Part shown: positions 59,889 to 64,000 of the stretch, in pieces
How the letters are laid out: each line of letters starts with the position of its first letter
Numbering within the stretch: the first letter of the stretch is position 1
NCBI GenBank assembly: GCA_013265495.1
Contig: MU058206.1
Coordinates: 186,001-250,000 of the forward strand
Direction of reading: 5' to 3'
Length of the DNA: 64,000 nucleotides
From: Vicugna vicugna
Taxonomy: Eukaryota
Program-made: the position numbers and the translations under genes
Notes under the pieces: model-generated
Database searches by the model: none
The model's input: the letters and a program-made list of their open reading frames with translations, nothing else
Told to the model about the DNA's origin: nothing

Positions 59889-61949
59889 AATGCCTGCAGT
59901 CTAAAAAGTCTTAACCCATGATCACTGAGTACACTCCATCCTGGGGAACAAAGAGGAATCTGGTTTTGTTGGAATAAAAAAAAATGAAGCCCCATCCCCA
60001 ATGGCAATTTCCTGGTCTTCTTGATAAGTGAATCTCAGCATGGAGAACCCAGGGAGAGACAGTTTGTTAAAGCAAACCCAATTACCACCCAGGAACATGT
60101 GCTGCCCTGAGGCCTCTGCTGCCATAACAACATTGCGTAACTATAACTACAGCCCTGGAGGGCTTTGGCCTGTCAAATAAGGAAAAGGACATCTTCATCT
60201 TAGGAGGGCTTTGTGCTCAGATTGACTTCCTTCGGGAGCTGGGATCAGGGAAGGGAGGTACATAAGTGGAAGAAAGGGGGAGATGAAGGGCAGGAGTGGG
60301 AGAAGAGCTGCTACTGAATCAGGATTATAGTGATTTTTTTCCTTAATTTTAGCAGTTTTCAAAATGTGGTTATTTGGCTGTTTAGTTTTGGTGGTTATTT
60401 ATAACCCCAGCTGCAGAGGCGGGGAGCTGTGCCTGAGCCTGCTGGGATCTGTCCAATACCTTCCCCCAGGGTGGGGCTGGGGGTGGGTGGCGGTGAAGGT
60501 GATCCAAGAGCTGAATTAACCAATGGCCCAGAAGATAAAAGAAGTTCCAGGCCATCTCCAGCAAGAGTAAGGAAGGAGGGACCACTAGTGACCATGCTGA
60601 TTCTATTTTTAAGGCAGCTGTAAATGAAAAGATTTTAATACGAATTATGGTCCCATCAACAACCTCTGAGAGTCTCCCAAGGGAATAGAGACTAGGCCAA
60701 TACTTTTACTTAGAAGTTATGAGACTGGCCTGGCTACACTAGCATTGTCTTTAAAAGGTCAAGGCATGCTTCCCCACCTTGACCTCGTGGACAGTTATCT
60801 GCCCACAGAGGAAACTGCTGTTTCTAACCTCTCCTGGTCAAAAAAGAAGCTTAGAGGATGGCTGGTTCTGTGCAAGTCTTTCCTGACTGAGCCAACACCT
60901 GGCAGTGCAAGCCCTGTTTACTGAGCCCTTTTGGATGCCAGGCAGCAAGGGAGAAGCTGGAGACAGTGTGGCCAGCCAGGTAAGGCTCCCAACCTCTAGG
61001 AACTCCCAGGCCTTTGAAGCAAACAACGAACAACTATGCTTTATATTTGAAATATGGTATCTATCATTTTACTGGCAAGAGGAGCACTTTAAAGGAAACT
61101 GAGAGATCTTTTAGGGAGTTTCAAATGCAACTGCAGAGACAAGATAACAAATATATGAGAAAGAAGATTCACAAGAATATACATGATACGTGACCCCCAC
61201 TACTCCTGCCCTGTTGGGTTCCTCCTCATCTCTGGGTAAGGTTAGTTTTATGGCAGCATTCTAAGTGGTCTCTCTGCCACTCTGATCAGGCCCCCTCACT
61301 GCTTCCAGAAAGAGATCTCCAAATTGCAAGTCTAATCGTGGGACTCCTCTGCCTAAAGTCCTTCAGAGATTCCCCACTTCACTTCCAGCCCAGGCTCCTT
61401 TGCAGGGCATTCAAGGCTCTGAATGAACTGGTTCCGAAAACCATTTCTGCCTCTTCTTTTGTCAACCACCCCAACTCCATCATGAGGTTAGTCACACCCA
61501 TACGATGCTGCTCCACACCTCTGCACTTTTGCAATGCTGTTTGTTCCCATTGCATGGCCAGCCCCTCTTCTCCTTGTCCACTGACAAACTTCCTCGTTCG
61601 ATGGATTTCCACTCTTTATTTCACCTTCTCTATGAATCCTTTCCTAAACCCTGCAGATAAAACACTCCACTTTCTCCTCTGTACCACTCCTGAACCTTGC
61701 TCATCTTTCTATATATTCTAGTGTTTTGGAACAACGAGCTTACTGGCCTGTGGAAACACGATGCTTTGTCCATATTGCTGTGACTCAATGCCCGATATAT
61801 AATGCTTGGGTCATCATTCTGTGTCTCTTGAGCTGAAGTGAGGCTCAATAGACAAAAGGAAACAACCATTGAGACCACGTAAAGTTATATTCCCAAACAT
61901 TCAGATGTTATAGCCATGACTAGGGTGACTGGAGTTATCAATATCAGTG

Positions 61950-62180
61950 ACAGCAGCCAGTTATTGAGCACTTAACTCTGTCAGGAACTGTGCTAAGCAT
62001 TTTACAACAATCATCTCCTTTAATCCTTATAACAACCCTGTGAAATGGCTATTAGTATCTCTACTTCACAAATGAGAAGACTGAGGCACAGATAAATTTT
62101 AAAACTTATCCAAGAGCAATGCAGACAGAAAGTAGCAGAGCTGAAATTCAAATCCAGAAATGACATCAAAGCCCTGTACT
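61950..62180 (-). mobile_element. MIR SINE
   Basis: ttattgagcactta...gtgctaagcatttta...aatccttataacaaccctgtga...acaaatgagaagactgaggcacag. Confidence 0.8.
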
Positions 62181-63789
62181 GGACACTAGAAGAGCTGATG
62201 AATAAAATAAATAGGAGTTATGGTCTTATTACCTGTTTGGGAAGGAGACAGAGAAACAGAACATCTACCAAATTGTATAAGGCAAAGTACATAAAAAGCA
62301 GTAAGTGCAAAGTAACAGATCACTGTGCTCCACTACCTTAGAGAGACTAAATCAGGAAAGACCTTCCGAAGAAAGTAAATTTCAAAGAAGGCTGGAAGAT
62401 GCATCAAGGCAGGAAGAAAAGCCTGTGCAAAAGCGTAAAGGCAGGAAAGTGGAGCTGCCTATGTGAAGTCTGGCGGATGAGGATGGGCAGGGGGCAACTG
62501 GTCAAAGGCTTTGAAACCAACATCAGTTTCTGCTTCGAGAGCTAATTGTGTCATGATGAAAATGACGCTCAAAGTAAAGAGTATGCTCAGATCAAAAAAA
62601 GAAAAGAAAGAAAGAAGCTTTTAGGATTTTCCCTTCCCCATTCTAAATATACTTAGCTGTTCTACTTTCATCTAAAATACACACTTTCCTTACTATCACA
62701 TTCCTATCCTGTTGGTGTTAGTTTTTTTCATCTTTCTGCTGTCTAAAGGAAACTGTAAAGTCTTTTAGTGTTAGATGCAATGTTTGCAAATTCAATATAA
62801 GAGAACAACTAATGTTGAACGTTTGTAATGCTGGTATTTGTATGATGAATGGCTAAGTCAGGATAAGATTTTATTCTAAAATACTAATTCCCAGGGAGGG
62901 ATAGTTCATCATCTTTGAGTGCTATACATTCAGAGACTGTGAAATGGTAAATATACTCTGATTGACCAGCAAGGATTTACTGTGGGTAGAGCATGGTCTG
63001 GGCACTATTAAGTTTGGTATCAAAGAAGTGAGATACATTCTTTAACATCTGAGCTCCTTACCACTAGTCGGGGAACCAGAACTTCCAGGAGTACCTTAGG
63101 AACACACCAGTAAGTGCAAAATAACAGTAATAGTGTGAAGTTAAATGCTTAAGTGATGAGGGGGTACAAAAGTAGAAGAAATATGAGCCCTTTCCAAATA
63201 AGTTCTTACATGCAATTCAACCTAAGTAGGTTATTCAAAGGTATTTATACTAAACACTAAAAGCTGCTTGTGTTAATACCAGCCCAGGATATCCTCCAAG
63301 GGGACTGCTAGCTAAGGGTCTGGAACTTCAACTCTTCAGAGTCCACTATTTAGCAAATCAATCAGATGTTTACCTTCTGCTGCTTTGTTTTTTAGATCCG
63401 CTCCTGGGGGAAATCTCCATCTTAGCTAGGCTCAGGTGAAACTGGGGTTCAGGATCCTAACTTAATGACTAAGCTTGCCTGGATTCCACACAGTCGCTGT
63501 GAGCCAAGCCTTGGTCCTCTCAAGGCTTTTTCTTCCAGCAACGTTAAATCCTCAATGCCTGCTCTCCACTTCCCAGCCTCTTCTTATGACTCCTCTTCCA
63601 ACCTTGTATCTTCGACCAACTTCTCCATTCTAGGCCCTCTAAAAGCAGGCCCTATTACTATTATTTAAACATCAGTGACTTTCTGAGCTCCAGCTTTACT
63701 AAAAATATTCCTTCCTCTTCCTCCTCCCAACTCCTGGCTCAAGCAGATTTCCAGAAGTCACTTGAGCTAACGGGATTCAATGCTTCTCT

Positions 63790-64000
63790 GACTCGGGTAC
63801 CGCGCGCGCAAACACACCCACACTCACCCCGCAGGCCACTCAAACCCTCTCAAACCCATATAGGACGGGGGAAGGAGGTGGGTGCTCACCACAGAGCTAA
63901 ATTGGTAATTCTTTGGAGCTACGGCTTCTGGAGGATGGTTCTGCCTCCTTCCGCGAGTGAACGGATTAATTTACTTGCTGTTTGCTAAGGGCAAGGACAA
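63790..64000. promoter_or_regulatory. Rising CpG content at the window edge; possible flank of the next gene's promoter (KAT7 by recalled synteny)
   Basis: cgcgcgc and other CpGs after a CpG-poor stretch; recalled mammalian order SLC35B1-FAM117A-KAT7. No KAT7 sequence visible. Confidence 0.35.

Overview
Mammalian genomic DNA, very probably camelid: it carries several Vic-1-like tRNA-derived SINEs and cetartiodactyl-type L1 ends. Two protein-coding genes lie on the minus strand. SLC35B1 exons 1-3 and its CpG-island promoter are at 183-2400; the rest of the gene is off the left edge. FAM117A has 8 coding exons over 5222-45777. Exons 2-8 have clean GT-AG junctions and consistent phases, while exon 1 lies mostly in an N-gap with an anomalous 3' end. 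A CpG-containing stretch at the right edge may be the start of the next promoter (KAT7 by recalled synteny; no KAT7 sequence is visible). The rest is intron and intergenic DNA with MIR, L2, L1, MaLR and MER elements, microsatellites and six N-gaps. The best leads are: (1) a candidate divergent spliced gene or pseudogene sharing the FAM117A promoter (46200-50034); (2) a gap-free 217-bp, 89%-identical element present twice in FAM117A intron 1; (3) a TSD-flanked mini-L1 made of an L1 5' end fused to an L1 3' end; (4) a TSD-flanked 5'-half tRNA-Glu retrocopy; (5) an ERSE/UPRE-like promoter plus a uORF ladder on SLC35B1. Gene and repeat names rest on recalled sequences, not database searches. Repeat boundaries are approximate unless TSDs are given.
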